Source of the DNA: Eledone cirrhosa
Lineage: Eukaryota
Direction of reading: 5' to 3'
DNA: 64,000 bases
Assembly: GCA_964016885.1 (NCBI GenBank)
Contig: OZ024748.1
Span: forward strand, 59,954,001 to 60,018,000
Shown here: positions 27,850-43,867 of the stretch, piece after piece
Numbering within the stretch: the stretch's first letter is position 1
How the letters are laid out: each line of letters opens with the position of its first letter
The notes under the pieces: generated by a model
What the model was told of the DNA's origin: nothing
What the model saw: only the letters and a program-made list of their open reading frames with translations
The model's database searches: none
Program-made: the position numbers and the translations under genes

Positions 27850-28845
27850 TGAAAAAATGGCCAATAATATATTGCTAACTGTCACAGGTCGTATTCACAA
27901 GAGTGTTGGTAGATCCTCAATGTCGAATAACAACAGAATGGACATTTACCAAAAAATGTTTAGTAACTTACTAAGCACAAATCATTTGAGAGCGTTACAA
28001 GAATATTCCCCTGATTACGGTGATGTAGTTAAAGTTAGGGGCTATTATTTTCAATGCTGTGGAATAGACACATTACTTTACTAATTTTATAATTTGAGGA
28101 AAACTTCGAGTTTTCTATAGTTTGTTATCATTAATGGTGAAAATAAATGTCTTGTTTCGTTTATTGAAAGGAAAAACAAAATGGTGGAAAAGCTCTGGCA
28201 TAACACCGGATTATTTTTATTCAATTGAGATTAGGGTAGCTTAAATATTAGAATGGTGTAGGTCTGAGTTTTGTTATATCTTATGACTAAACACACAAAT
28301 GTCCATCACGTGCCGTATATTTAAAGCAGAGACAAAAGTAAGTTAAGCGAAAAAAAAACCACTTTCTCTCTCGTAGATTTTCCCGTTTTACTCCGGCTTT
28401 GTCTAACTTCTTATCATCTTTTATAACATGAAATAATAATACTAACATTAATATACATTTTTAAGTTTACGAAATATATAATCAATTACTGCATTTCCTT
28501 TAAAAGCAAACGTCTTCATTCTTCCGTTTTCTTTTGTGTTTGCAAAATATATCTAACTCACACAGGGCAAAAAGAAAGTAAGAATAAATAAATAAAGGAC
28601 CTATAAAGAAAAGAACCAAAATAAAATGGAAGCCAAATATATGTTTTTTGCAATTCTAATCTTCTATCCAATCTCTCTTATGAATTAGAAAACATGAAAT
28701 CGGTTCTTTAAGTCTTCGATCCGAACTTTTTGGATGAACGTAACGCAAACATATACGCAGATATTTCGCACGCAAGTATACAGTTATAAGCTAATATATA
28801 TACACATATATGTATATATACATACATATATATATACAATAGAAA

Positions 28846-28884
<39 letters not shown>

Positions 28885-28953
28885 GCAAGACTTATTAATA
28901 TATAGCTATAATATAAAAACGACTGCATCCGTTTCGTATACAAAAATACATAC

Positions 28954-28987
<34 letters not shown>

Positions 28988-29647
28988 GCTTATCTCTGTG
29001 GTGGGAGATCATACCTTAGAGCTATGCAATGTATTGTGTATATTCTTTCCCCCGACAAATAAACATTATCAATTTCTTTGCTTCTTTGCTGCTTTGCAAG
29101 CCAACTAGTGGTACTAGACTATACTATCAAACTGCACTCTTCACTTCTTCAAGATCCATATCGTATAATGCATTGCATATTAATTTAAAAGATTTCCCAG
29201 TAGTAATCTATATTGTTTCAAATAGCATAAGACAAGAACAATAGTTTGGTTTGGAAGACACAACATTTTCAGAGCGTGCCAGGAATTTTACAGAATGTAG
29301 AACGGCAAAATTACTTTGGTAAATTTATTCTCAGTGAAAAATACAAGAGTTAATGTAATAAATAAATATTAATTCACTAAAAGCAACAACTTTTTAGTAT
29401 TTTTGGTCGTTTTACTTTTGCGTTTTAGTGAATACTTATTACATCAAGTACTTTAGACTAGATTGAAGGTGGAGCTAGAAGCGGAAGTGTAGGAAGTGGG
29501 AGAGGGTAGATACAGAGGTAGGGGTAGAAGAGAGAGAGAGGGAGAAAAAGTACAAATATATATAAAAGTACAAATATATATTTAAAAAATATATTCCAAG
29601 GTGGGTGGTGGGTGGTTAGGAGGGTGTTGATACTTGAATTCTTCTTC

Positions 29648-29686
29648 TACTACCACTACTACTACAACTACTACTACTACTACAAC

Positions 29687-29719
<33 letters not shown>

Positions 29720-29950
29720 AGTAATAGTAATAGCAGGAGATGTACTACTAGTAGTAGTAGTAGTAATAGTAATAGTGGCAGTGGTGATGATATTAGTAGT
29801 AGTAGCACCAGCAGGAGCAGTAGTAATAGCAGCAGCGACAGCAATAGTAGTGGTAGTAGTTGTAGTAGTATTAGTACTAGTAGTAATAGTAATAGTGGCA
29901 GTGGTAGTGATGCTGGTGGTGGTAGAAGTAGTAGTAGCAGCAGCAGCGGC

Positions 29951-30020
<70 letters not shown>

Positions 30021-30050
30021 ATAGTAGTAGTAGTAGTAGTAGTGGTACTA
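29648..30050. repeat. (CTA)n/(TAG)n trinucleotide tract
   Basis: Direct reading. Confidence 0.9.
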
Positions 30051-30209
30051 ACTACCACAAAAGCAGCAGTATTAACATTGATGTCACATTAAAAATAATT
30101 TCTCTATAGTTACTAACTAACCAGTTTTATGCAAATACAATCTCTACTGTCAAATAACATATTCTCCAAATTATATACACCTTTACACCTTTCTCTTCCT
30201 GTTCTTTAA

Positions 30210-30252
<43 letters not shown>

Positions 30253-30849
30253 ATATATATAAAACTATCTATCTATCAACATATCTTCTTGCGTTCTACG
30301 CCCGGAGTGTATATAATATATATATATATATATATATTTACAATATGTTTCATGCTTATCACCTAACTTCCTATATATAAACATGGTTGATATTTTATCT
30401 CTAACACAAGATAGATATTAATTACCAATATCAACATAAGATAATATTTAGAATCTCTAAATACTTTCATATTTTATACGGAAATTCATTAAACAAGAGA
30501 ATATATGTTCAATTTTGATTCGCTTTTGTGAAACCTTATAACGATAAAATCAAAATATAAACACAGAGGACATCATACTTGAACCAAAGATGGAAAACAT
30601 AAAAGTGTAATTATATTATGCCGTATGAAATGTTGAGTTCTTAAAATACGATATGATGAAGTAGTATATAAAACTAGGAATACAAAAGGATACGAAGATA
30701 CGACGTTATTTTCTGTATTTCACTTTTGTTTGTTCTGTTTTGAATTAAATATGTTAGCAAATGTGAAGGAATTATGATATAGTAAAGAAAACTTATTAAC
30801 TAGCAGGAATTGAATCTAATGTTAAATACAAAATCTTGATAATATCATG

Positions 30850-31058
30850 AGGATTGGCAGTATCGGTAGACCACCGGACAACATGATTTATGGCATAGAG
30901 TTACGGCCTTTTATGTTCTGAGTTCAAATCCCTCCTAGGTTAGCTTTGTCTTTCATCCTTACAGGGTCGATAAGATAAAGTACCAGTAATGCACTGGGGT
31001 AGATTTAGTCAATTTTCCACTCTCCCCCAAATTTGTTGGCCGTGTGCCTAAATCAAAA
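30850..31058 (+). mobile_element. SINE family A
   Basis: ggattggcagtatcggtag..gagttcaaatccc..ctttcatccttacagggtcgataag. Confidence 0.8.
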
Positions 31059-31300
31059 ACCACTATGAGATACTGAAGGAAATAGTATAGCTTTTGTTCC
31101 CAAATAGTAACACTAGCAGGTATTAAAGAATATGTTACAGAGTAAGGGGCACGTATCAACATTTACGAAGGCTTTTGTTAAATGTTTGGCAAGAAAATTT
31201 AAAATAATGAAACATAGCTGGATTCATATGTTGATTAATTTAAAGGTATCACATTTAAAATCAATTACTGCTCACACTCGACGTCAGCCTACATATTAAA

Positions 31301-31392
31301 ACATATCTGAGGAGCTTCCGATTCCAGAGTCAGGTTCGATCATTAATAGATCATTCTTCGAGCTGATCGACAATGAAACATATGTAATATGT
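31301..31392 (+). ncRNA. Type I hammerhead ribozyme (stem II degraded)
   Basis: acatat-CTGAGGA-...-GAAA-catatg-TA-atatgt; followed by actc..gagtgct at 31453-31481 and a TA tract. Confidence 0.7.
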
Positions 31393-31551
31393 AATTATAT
31401 ATGTATAAGATGCAGAACTGATTCTTTTTTCCTTTATATTAATACTATTGATACTCTGCTTCCCCAACAGCATCGAGTGCTCATCCGTCATACCAACTAT
31501 GGACGCAATTTACTTCCATTTAACACCTATATACATATATATATATATATA

Positions 31552-31736
31552 AAACGAAGGAGGTGTGGTAATGAACCAGATGGACCATAATGCACCAGAG
31601 TACTCAATACTTAGGGTAGTAGAGTGGGTAATAGGAAAATGTGTGACCCGGACGGCAGAGCTCAAGCCGTTTCGACGGCTATTTGTCGAGAAATAGCCGT
31701 CGAAACGGCTTGAGCTCTGCTGTCGGGGTCATACAT

Positions 31737-31741
<5 letters not shown>
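31552..31741 (-). mobile_element. Fold-back mini-element, third copy of 8972-9161
   Basis: Reverse-complement tail plus hairpin containing gtcGAAAcggc..gctgTCggggt. Confidence 0.75.
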
Positions 31742-31778
<37 letters not shown>

Positions 31779-31994
31779 AAAATTCATCCAATCCTCCCTG
31801 CATCTCTCCAGCCTCATAAAGACATTTTTTTCCAAATCCATCCCGCCCGTCCCCTTGATCTATTTTATTATCATTCTTTCTTCTGATGAAGGACTAGCGT
31901 CCAACACGTTAAGACCCTCTTCCTGCTATATCAAGCGTTAACCTAATATATACCTTCCATATACTGTACCGATTGTGTTGTTATTTTTGTTTAA

Positions 31995-32098
<104 letters not shown>

Positions 32099-33067
32099 CA
32101 TTGGTTAATTCTGTTATTAGTTTGTCTGCAAGATTACTAGCGCTAATTCCTGTTGCTACTTGCATTTTCCTTCGGCTAAATATGTGGAAATAAAACATTT
32201 ACTGCGTATGCGACTGTTGGTGTTCCGGAAAAAATATCTTTGCTCAGGTCTGTACTCCTAAAAGAAACTCATGATATGCAAATGTATAATCAATTCTGAC
32301 AGACAAAGGTAACCCTAGTCCATGACTGTGTTCTGCTAAGAAACCGTCTAGATGCCGATATATAGTTAAGCCAGGCTAAAGTAGAACAGAGTGACATATT
32401 ACGATGCTGAATTCATCGTAGAAGTGTCCTCGTTTGAAACATGTCTGCTCTTGTTGAGAGGAATAATAACTCAACATCATTTACGCAATTTATTTAATAT
32501 AAAGAAGGTATAAAAGAAATAGAGAAATAAACTAATTTCAAGATATTCAAATATACTTGTTTAAACGTCAGCATGTCAAATCGATTTAACAATTTAGCTC
32601 ATCAATAGCTTCAGGAGTACAGATATAGAGGAGAACATTTACGTCAGCTGCATGAGATGACAATGTAGAAATAATGAAACATGACTGGATTCTGAGAGCT
32701 TTTCGTGAAAATGTTTCAGACATTTTAAAGGAATCACACGTGAAGACAAATATAAAATAGATTGGTTAGTGTGTTTAGTAAGTAAGGTCCATATGGAGTA
32801 GATTATGGTAAAGCTGCTTGTAGAAATAATCACGCAGGTGTTTATAGATCAGATGAGAAGTTCCTCGACTCGACAGCTCTCTCTCTCTCTCGCTCCCCCT
32901 CTCTCTCTCTCTCTCGATATATATATATGCATATATATACATAGAAATATATATTTAAATACATATATATACACATACGCACACTCATATACATATACAT
33001 TTATATATATATATACATTCATGCATATATATATATATATATATATTCATGCATATATATATATACA

Positions 33068-33792
<725 letters not shown>

Positions 33793-33899
33793 TACACATA
33801 TATACCTATATATATATTTGCACCATATATTTATATATGCACATATATATATATGGTACATACATATATATTTATGTGCCTGTGTGTGTATAAATATGT

Positions 33900-33968
<69 letters not shown>

Positions 33969-34342
33969 TATAATTTTATTACATATATGTATGTTTTCAT
34001 GTATGTATGTATTTTATATAGTGTGTATGATCATATTGAGAAATAAATTCCGTTAATGAATTTATCTTGGAAGACGTAATTTTTCAATAGAACGATGGCT
34101 CGTTGGTGATGTCTGTGACACGGCCGATCATATGCTCATGCACGATTCCACATTTGTCATGCCAAAAAAGTCTTCGATTGCTGCAGGAAAATGCAATAAA
34201 ACTAATCACATTAAAATTACGCATAGGAATTGATACATTGACACTATCATGTTACTTTTGGATGTTGTGTTTCCAGTGATCGAACAAGTGCGACATAAAA
34301 TAACACAAAATATATGGTAAAATCGTATCTGTCCTCCATTCT

Positions 34343-34530
34343 ATATACCCCCCTCTCTATATCACTACCTCTCACTTCCTCCCTTTCAATACCCCCCTCT
34401 CTATATCACTACCTCTCACTTCTTCCCTTTCAATACCTCTCTCTCTATATCACTACCTCTCACTTCCTCCCTTTCAATACCCCTCTCTCTATATCACTAC
34501 CTCTCACTTTCCCCTCTCTCAATACCTCTC
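34343..34530. repeat. ~44-bp pyrimidine-rich minisatellite, about 4 units
   Basis: Unit approximately atacccccctctctatatcactacctctcacttcctccctttca. Confidence 0.85.
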
Positions 34531-34759
34531 TCTCTCTCTCCATCTCTGTGTTTCTGTGTCTCTCTTGAAAATTTAACGATTGCTAAGCAACGCAGAAAAG
34601 GACATTAAAACAAATATGAATCTTCATTGATTTTTCTCTGACATCAAACACTGTAATGAAGACAATGATGAGCAGCAGAGTGAGTCAGCGAGTGAGTCGA
34701 TTGGGCGAGACACTTTGACGTAACATTGCAGCATCTGACTATGTGACAACAGGTCGCTA

Positions 34760-35670
34760 GGTGTGTGATACTACAGGTAGAAACTACCTGTGATACTACC
34801 TGTGTCATACTGCAGCTAGAAGATATCTATTATGTGATACTACATATAGTTATCTACCTGCGTGATATTGCAGGTAGAAAATATCTACCTTTGTGATATT
34901 ACAGGTAGATAATTATCTACCTGTGCGATAATACATATAGAAAATATCTACCTGTGTGATACTACAGGTAGAACATATCTACCTGTGTGTTACTACATGT
35001 AGACAGTTATCTACCTGTGTGATACTACAGGCAGATAGATATTTACCTGTGTGATACTACAGATAGTAAAATATCTACCTGTGTGATACTATGTGTAGAT
35101 AGTTATTTACCTGTATGATACTACAGGTAGATAGTTATATACCTGTATGATGCTGTAGATAGTTATTTACCTGTGTGATACTGCAGGTAGAAAATATCTA
35201 CCTGTGTGATACTAGAGGTAGATAATTATCTACATGTGTGATACTACAGGTAGATAGTCATCTACCTATGTGATACTGCAGGGATAAACTATTTCCTTGT
35301 GTGATACTACTGATAGAACTGCAGGTAGAAGATATCTATTATGTGATACTATTTACCTGTGTAATACTACAGATATATATATATCTACCTGTGTGATAAT
35401 ACAGGTAGAAGCTATCTATCAGTATGATTCTACAGGTATTAGATATATACCTGTATGATACTACAGCTAGAACTGCAGGTAGAAGATATGTCTTATGTGA
35501 TACTAGAGGTAGAAAATATCTACTTGTGTGATACTACAGGTAGATTGTTATCTACATCTGTGATACTAGAGGTTGAAGATATTTATCTCTGTCGTACTAA
35601 AAATAGATGATATATATAGGTGTGTGATTATTAAGGTCGATGTTATATAGGTGTGTGATATTAAAGGTAG
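34760..35670. repeat. ~31-bp minisatellite with an internal palindrome in each unit
   Basis: Unit approximately atctacctgtgtgatactacaggtagatagtt; tctacctgt/acaggtaga can pair. Confidence 0.9.
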
Positions 35671-35919
35671 GTGTTTGAACATAAATCTGATCAACCTGCG
35701 TTAACAAAAGACTAAAAATCTATTTATTCACCTTACTGAGTGTATGACTAAATATATGACGTCACAGCTTAAGCTGTAGAAAGGAAGTGAAATACATATG
35801 ACCAGGGATAGGGGTTAAGTTTAGGAATCAGCAAATAAAAGGCAGTAATATGCATTGGGAACGCATAATCAGTCTCTCTTACGCTTGAACTAAGAACATA
35901 TTAAACATACATATATATA

Positions 35920-36814
<895 letters not shown>

Positions 36815-36942
36815 TACATACATCTCTTTCTCTCTCTCTTTGTATATATATATACAAAGAGAGAGAGAGAAAAGTTCCATATATATATATATATATATGG
36901 AAAAGTTCCATATATATATATATGGAAAAACTCAGAAAAGTT

Positions 36943-36985
<43 letters not shown>

Positions 36986-37343
36986 TGTGTGTGTGTATAA
37001 ATATATGTGTATATATATATGTGTGTATATATATCGTATTATATATATATATATATAAACATGTTTTTACAGGCATATAAACACACATATATATACTTAT
37101 ATATAAACAAACTGACACACAGACACACACAGACACACACACACACACATACAGAAGTATATGTATGAATGTTTCTAGAAATATTTCTGATTAGTTAAAC
37201 AAGTCACGTTCATATTTAATCTATCAGTTAAGTCGAAGAGTTCACCAAGTGTATTAGTTATTCCATAGATGACACTAAAGATTTACTAGCCAAACCTTGA
37301 GAAGTAGCAGTAGTAGTATTAGTAGTAGTAGTAGAAGTAGTAA

Positions 37344-37388
<45 letters not shown>

Positions 37389-37404
37389 TGGTATTATTAT
37401 TATT

Positions 37405-38053
37405 ACGCGACAGCAGGTATTCGGCGCAGGGCGACGAAACCGTCCTCCATGCACTCGTCCAGTGTCCGAGCATTGCTGACTTGTGGGTTTATGTCGAACA
37501 CCTGCTGTCGCGTGTAGAATTGCCTCTTCCTTTAGCCGGGAAGGGCATGCAGTTTTTATCTGTCTGGTGGCCATGGCGAAAGAGTATGGTGGACGCGTCT
37601 GAAAGGGCTGAAGACGAGCACTTACCTCTTCGGTGATGCCCTGATTAACTTTTTCCAATTTCATTTGAAAAGGAAAATCAGGGTAGAGAGGAAGTGCTCT
37701 CTTCCCAGCATTTTGTTGAAAGATGGGTGAGAGAGGCAAGAATGGCCCGAGTGAATGGGCCTACTCTGAGTATATGCCTGTAAACTGAAGGTGGAAAACT
37801 GGGAGAGAACACTTGCCCTGGTGGTCAGGGTCACTGTGGCTTTTTTTAATGGGTTTTCTCCACGATGGCCCTCGGAAGTCTCCCTCCTATTGGGGAATTT
37901 TTCATTGTTCTTTTTTGTGACATCCTTTGTTTTTTTTTTTACACGCAGAAATGCCCATTTGTACCCTCCTGCATTGTCCTGTACTGTCCTTAATGTCAAC
38001 TTTGTGTAAACCCTTGTGGTTAATAAAGAAGCATTATTATTATTATTATTATT
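37405..38053 (+). mobile_element. Tx1/L1-type LINE 3' fragment related to 9399-10635
   Basis: AQGDETVLHALVQCPSIADLWVYVEHLLSR; shared gaatggcccg.gtgaatgggcctactct; ends aataaa plus (ATT)n. Confidence 0.75.
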
Positions 38054-40391
38054 ACAGTTGCATTTATCTTGCTTTATGTTCATACGAGTTATCACCAAGT
38101 CACAACCAGTGACCTCAAGAGACAACAAGGTCCGCCATGTTCAAGAAAGAACATACATATTCACACATGCATCCTTAGTGTTTAGACTTGTGATGTACTT
38201 ATATTGACAGGATCTTCCTTAGTATATGGGCAGTTCCCATTAGTACTATCTTTTGTATTTCTCCTATACGCGGGTTTTCTGGGATTTGCGATAAGTAGTC
38301 GTTAGACCCCTTAGGTATCATTCCCAGAGCGCCTACAACCACTAGTATTGTTTTAGTTCTCAATTTCCACATTTTTCCAATTTCTATCTCCAGGTCCTTA
38401 TACTTGCTCAATTTTTCAAATGTTTTTATAGATACATTGGATGCTAAAGTTCCACAAGATTGAGATGTGATCTTTTTCAAGTATGGGAGGTGGTTGATGC
38501 TCCCACCAATTCTTTTGATGGGGCAAGTCAAAATGCTTACACATTATCCAATGTATGTATTGTGCAGCTCTGTCATGCCTGTTTAGGTATTCGGTTGGAG
38601 CTATAGGACTGCACGTTGAAATTATATGATCAATGGTCTCTGGTTGTTTTTTGCATACACGGCATAATGGGTTGCATCCATTTTTTATTATGTTGGCTTG
38701 GTAATTTTTTGTTGGCAGACACTGATCTTGTGCTGATATAATCAGTCCTTCAGTCTCCGATTTCAGTCCAGAGGATGCCAACCACTGATGGGTTAAAGTT
38801 TTGTAAACATCAAGATTGTTAGCTCTTTCTGGGTATTTTCCATACAGAGGCTTTTCTTGCCATTTCTTAGCCAGTTTCTGTAGCAGTTCTTTCTTTGCAG
38901 TTACCTTTACCTGCTTTGCTTTTTCTGTGTTTTCCATTTCAGCAGTAAATGGGACTTCTGAAATTTGTAGTCCATTACTGTATCTTTGTGCATCTTTTGT
39001 AATGGAGTATGATCTTTTGTAATGGAGTATGATCTTTTGATGCTTTCGTGTTTCAAAACGAGTTTGATCATCCAATCATGTGATTCCCTTAGATATGTAG
39101 ATAATCCAATTGTTGCAGTTTTCAGCGCAATATCTAACTGGATTAACCCACGTCCCACTTCTTTCCTAGGGAGATATATTCTATCTGTATCTGCTTTAGG
39201 GTGATGCATTCTGTGCATGGTTAAGAATTTTCTAATTTTTGTATCGAGCCTACGGATCTCTGTGCTTGACCAGTTGATGACATTGTAACTGTAGGTTACT
39301 ACTGGTATGGCAATCGTGTTTATGGCATCAATCCTATTCCTTGCATTCAATTCCGTTCTTAAGATTGCTCTTACTCTGCGGTAATATTCCTTCCTTATCC
39401 TTTCCCTCATTGTCGAGTGCTTGATTCCGTCTCCTTCACAAACACCTAGACATTTGTAAGTTTCCTATTGATCAAGTTCTCTTATCATATTCCCCCGATC
39501 AAGATTAATGTCTGAACTTTTCAGCAGCTTTCCTCTGGTGAACGTTGCTTTGGCGTATTTATCTAGTCCAAACTCCATTTTAATGTCATCACTGAATTGC
39601 TCCACAGTGGATAATAACCCTTGCAATTGTTCATCATTTTTTGCAAATAGTTTCAGGTCATCCATGTAGAACAAGTGATTAATGGTTTTGTCATAGACTT
39701 TATATCCATGTTTTGTTTCATTGAGTATTTTACTTAATGGTATAAGTGCGATGCAGAATAAAAGCGGTGGTAAAGAGTCACCCTGAAAAATTCCACAATT
39801 AATATTAACTTCTCCAGCTTCCAGTGATTTTTTTTCACTATTCAAAAGGAGTGTCGTTTTCCATGTCTTCATACTGAATGACAGGAACCTCCTGACAACG
39901 GGAGATATTTTGAAAATCTCTAAACATTTTTCAATCCAACTGTGTGGCAAACTATCGAATGCTTTTTTATAATCTATCCAAGCAATTGATAGATTTTTGT
40001 GTCTATTATGACAATTTTGCAGTATCATTTTGTTAACCAAAAGCTGATCCTTACAGTCATATGAGCCTCGTTTACACCCTTTCTGCTCAATGAGAAATAG
40101 GTCATTTGTTATCAGGTGGTCATATGTATATTCAGTTAGGACTGATGTTAAAATGTTATACATTGTGGTCAAGCAAGTTATCGGTCTGTAATTTTTGGGA
40201 TTGTTTGTCTCATCATTCTTCGGAAGCAGGAGTGTAATGCCGTTAACTAGCCATGATGGTATCTTTTCTGGCTCCTTAACTATTTCATTGTAAAGTTGGA
40301 CTAACTTATGAGACTCTGTGAAGGCATTTATCCAAAAATTTGGTATTTTGTCTTTTCCTGAGGATTTCCATTTGCTGGTTTTTCTAAGAGC
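38054..40391 (-). mobile_element. Second 5'-truncated R4/Dong-type LINE, several frameshifts
   Basis: RT motifs NYRPITCL, WIDYKKAFDSLPH, GIFQGDSL, HLFYMDDLKL; CRVCKKQPETIDHIISTC, RHD, EKLSKYKDL; a 20-bp tandem duplication near 38992-39031 shifts the frame. Confidence 0.85.
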
Positions 40392-40405
40392 TAGTAGTAG
40401 TAGAG

Positions 40406-40478
<73 letters not shown>

Positions 40479-41263
40479 CGATAATGTGCAATTCAGTTCT
40501 CTCAATATCTTTGTTAATACAATCATCAACGGACATTCATATTAAAATGAGAGGAACTTCCAACTATTTCAGAAAATTACCACGACCACGAGGACAACGA
40601 CCACCGCCAGCATCACCATCCTCCAAAACACCACCACCACCACCACTTCCAGCCACCACCAGTACCTCTACCTCCAGCCCCCGTTCACCACCAGTAGCTC
40701 AACCACTACCCCCCAAAATTGCTCACTAAATGGTGAAACGTAATTCCCTAAAACTGTGTAGAAGGAACAGTGAACATTTCACTTGCACTGTCGGGTTAAA
40801 TATCACCCATTCACAAGATCCAGTCTTGTCACCGATGTTGTAAAGCATGCCAGAGTCCCAAGATATGGCCTTCATTTGCATGCAATTCTATCAGCCAGGC
40901 GTGACCACAACTCACATACATGTTCAATGGTTTACATGACTGACATATAAAGCTGACAACAATTTTAAATAAATAAATGTACTTTCGTAAGGTATTTAAG
41001 GAAAATACAATTAAACAATCAAACACAAAGCTCAATGCTGTTGTCCTTGTTGAGTTTGTCTCTCTTCACATTCCATGCCACAACTGCCAAATGTATACAT
41101 TTGTAAGTGCATATACACACATTTATACACATACCCTAACCATATTTCCTTATTTTATTTTTATATATCTCTTGCATTACTTTTATTTATATATTTTTTT
41201 TGGCCGTTAAATTTATGCCTTTCTTTAGGAGATTTTTCAAATATTTCACTATGTTTTAAATTG

Positions 41264-41340
41264 CCTTGTCTGACGAACGAATGAGGACGTTTCTTGTATT
41301 CGTCTTATTCGGGAAACCTCTGGTAATGAGGTAATTATAT
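41264..41340 (+). ncRNA. Hammerhead ribozyme core (stem I weak) in a pLTR-like fragment ending about 41437
   Basis: CTGACGA 41270-41276; stem II cgaatgaggacg/cgtcttattcg; GAAA 41313-41316; stem III cctc/gagg; TA; agctc..gagct hairpin at 41367-41389. Confidence 0.6.
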
Positions 41341-41707
41341 TGTATTGTTTATTATACATTAAATTTAGCTCCGGTACTTACATAGAGCTCTCTTCACTCC
41401 TATGACCTTTTCAATTTTCAACGGAAACTTCAATACTTATATATATATATATATAAACATAAATATTGTTTCTGAATAAATAAATGTTCTTTCGTAAGGT
41501 ATTAAATGAAAATACAATCAAACAATCAAACGCAAACAACAACAAACAACAAACACTACAAGCAGCAAACACTACAACAATTCACACGCAGACGATAATT
41601 TCATATTTAGTTATCATCCGGAGACATCAATGGACATAAAAACATACACAACTCTTGCATGAATTACAATCAATACAATACTTAGTCGAGGAAATAAAGT
41701 CTCCAAG

Positions 41708-41767
<60 letters not shown>

Positions 41768-42159
41768 GTATTATATTATATCTATTAAGAGAAAAAATCA
41801 AATAAAAATAGTAGTTTACATAATATGAATCATGCCCAGTACAATCCTTCCTCCCCTACACTTCCACAAACACTCCCCCTTCTCCCCCTCTCTCTGTGTC
41901 TTTCTCTCTCAGATATAAGCATTCTCTACGTTTAATGTCGTATTGCGGCAATGTTGTGAGGTAAAACTCAGGTATATTATGTCACTGTATTTATCTATAT
42001 CTATATCTATCTACAGATATATTTATGTATATACACATATATGTACTTATATACATAGATAGAAACGTATACATACAAATACATATGTATACATACAGAC
42101 ACACATATATATATGTATGAATGCATATATATATATATATATATATCAGTATACACTGA

Positions 42160-42453
42160 GGATGAAAAACTGAGAGCTGTATGGGAGCCTCCCAAAAGTC
42201 AGCTCAAAAGTGACACAGAGGAGACTGAGGTTAGCTGGACATGCTCACCGACATCCAGAGTTGACATTGTACTCAGTGCTCCTGTGTGAGCCCCTACATG
42301 GACACACTGGAAGAGGAAGACCAAGGTTAACGTATGTTGATGCCCTAAGGACAGACACTGGTCTGTTGGAGACGCAGGACATGGCAGTGATAATGAGGGA
42401 CAGAGACCGTTGGAAAGAACTCGTCCATGGATCTCGGGAATTTTACTCGCCCT

Positions 42454-42455
<2 letters not shown>
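42160..42455 (+). mobile_element. RTE-clade LINE 3' fragment
   Basis: [52 protein letters not shown] resembles RTE ORF C-termini; followed by (TA)n. Confidence 0.75.
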
Positions 42456-42494
<39 letters not shown>

Positions 42495-42558
42495 GATAGA
42501 AACCTGTACATACAAATACATAATTATACATATAGACAGATATATATATTTGTATGAA

Positions 42559-42610
<52 letters not shown>

Positions 42611-43010
42611 AGTGTGAGTGTGTCTGTATACTTACATACACGCATAAATACATATACACAACTGCACTAAGCATGATTACATAGAATTACACTATAGTAA
42701 CTTTATGTCAGGTAAATCAGGTAGAGGATTAGTAGGGATGTTAGAGCATCAGTCTAAATGATTGACAGCTGAACGATCTGAGGTCAACTTCTGTGGAGAT
42801 CGAATCTACCGCCATTATTGAAGAGCCAATACAATAACTTGTCATTCAAGTACTGTGGTCAATATAACTTACTTTGTCTCTCAACCACAAACTGTACGTC
42901 TTGAGCTCACGTCAAACATAAATATTACAAAAATACTGATTCTTATAAATATATTGTATAAAATACAAAATATAATTTAGAGATATATCAGATGAAAGAA
43001 TGGTTTTTAA

Positions 43011-43700
43011 CTAATGTATTGGTACGCGATGGGGCCCACCCACAGCCCCGGCGGACAGAATGGAGAAGGCGTTTCCCCGGAGGACGGCAAGGGTGACGTG
43101 CTGGAAAAGCCACTCCAACTCGCGTGGCTCACACCTGCGGCTGGCCAGCTCAGCGCCTATGGTGGTGAATAAGGAGGTAGCCCTGGGGCCTAGGACACCA
43201 GAAGTGTCCACTGCTAGGGGAACGACCGCAAACCTGTCGGAGAGCGACCGGTATTTGAGGAGTTTGGCCTCCTCAGCCCGACGTGCAGCAGAACCTGGGT
43301 CAGTCGCAGATTTCCCCAGGTTGCGGCTGCAGAAAGTGTCGGTGCAAGTGGCATCCCAGACGAGGGGTTGGCCACCGCGGAACGGAAAGATGGTCATGCC
43401 ATCTGGCCTTTTGCCGTCCTCTCGATCGAGCCCCACCGGCTCGAGCTGGGAAGGGAAGCCTGCAGCGTCCAAGCCATGCTTAATGACCTCGTTGAGGGCA
43501 GCAGGGCGTGGAATGCGGCCGGCACTGTGGAGAGAGGAAAGCGGGTGGAAGGCCGAAAGAGTCCACGGTGGAACATCAGCGACATTGGTGTGGCTGGCAG
43601 ATCCGGAGGCCCAGCCTCAGGGAAACGCCGATTCGCAGGCTATGGTTGTCCAGCTGCGTGCCAGTGGAGAAGGAGGGCAGGGCATAGAGCCAGGTACCAC
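43011..43700 (-). mobile_element. CRE-like RLE non-LTR retrotransposon 3' fragment
   Basis: GC-rich island; [77 protein letters not shown]. Confidence 0.75.
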
Positions 43701-43821
43701 TAATTATATAATTATGTGGTTAGTTAGAATTCATATATACATATAATCTTGATAGCTTTGATAGGTTTCGACCACTGTTGGACGAGACCATGTCTAACAT
43801 CATAGTACCACCTGACACACG

Positions 43822-43865
<44 letters not shown>

Positions 43866-43867
43866 GA

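Noticed and set aside
27354-28084. Short non-repetitive ORFs (62 aa, and the tail of a 105-aa ORF)
   Set aside because: No recognisable motif or clear splice signals; lengths are compatible with chance.
29582-30092. Poly-Thr / poly-Val mucin-like ORFs (also 16862-17545)
   Set aside because: Trinucleotide microsatellites with no flanking coding evidence.
34760-35670. CRISPR-like palindromic repeats
   Set aside because: Units are contiguous with no unique spacers, there are no cas genes, and the context is eukaryotic.
42720-42925. Very old SINE family A-like remnant
   Set aside because: Too diverged to call without an alignment.
43060-43746. 228-aa plus-strand ORF
   Set aside because: Antisense shadow of the GC-rich CRE-like endonuclease on the minus strand.
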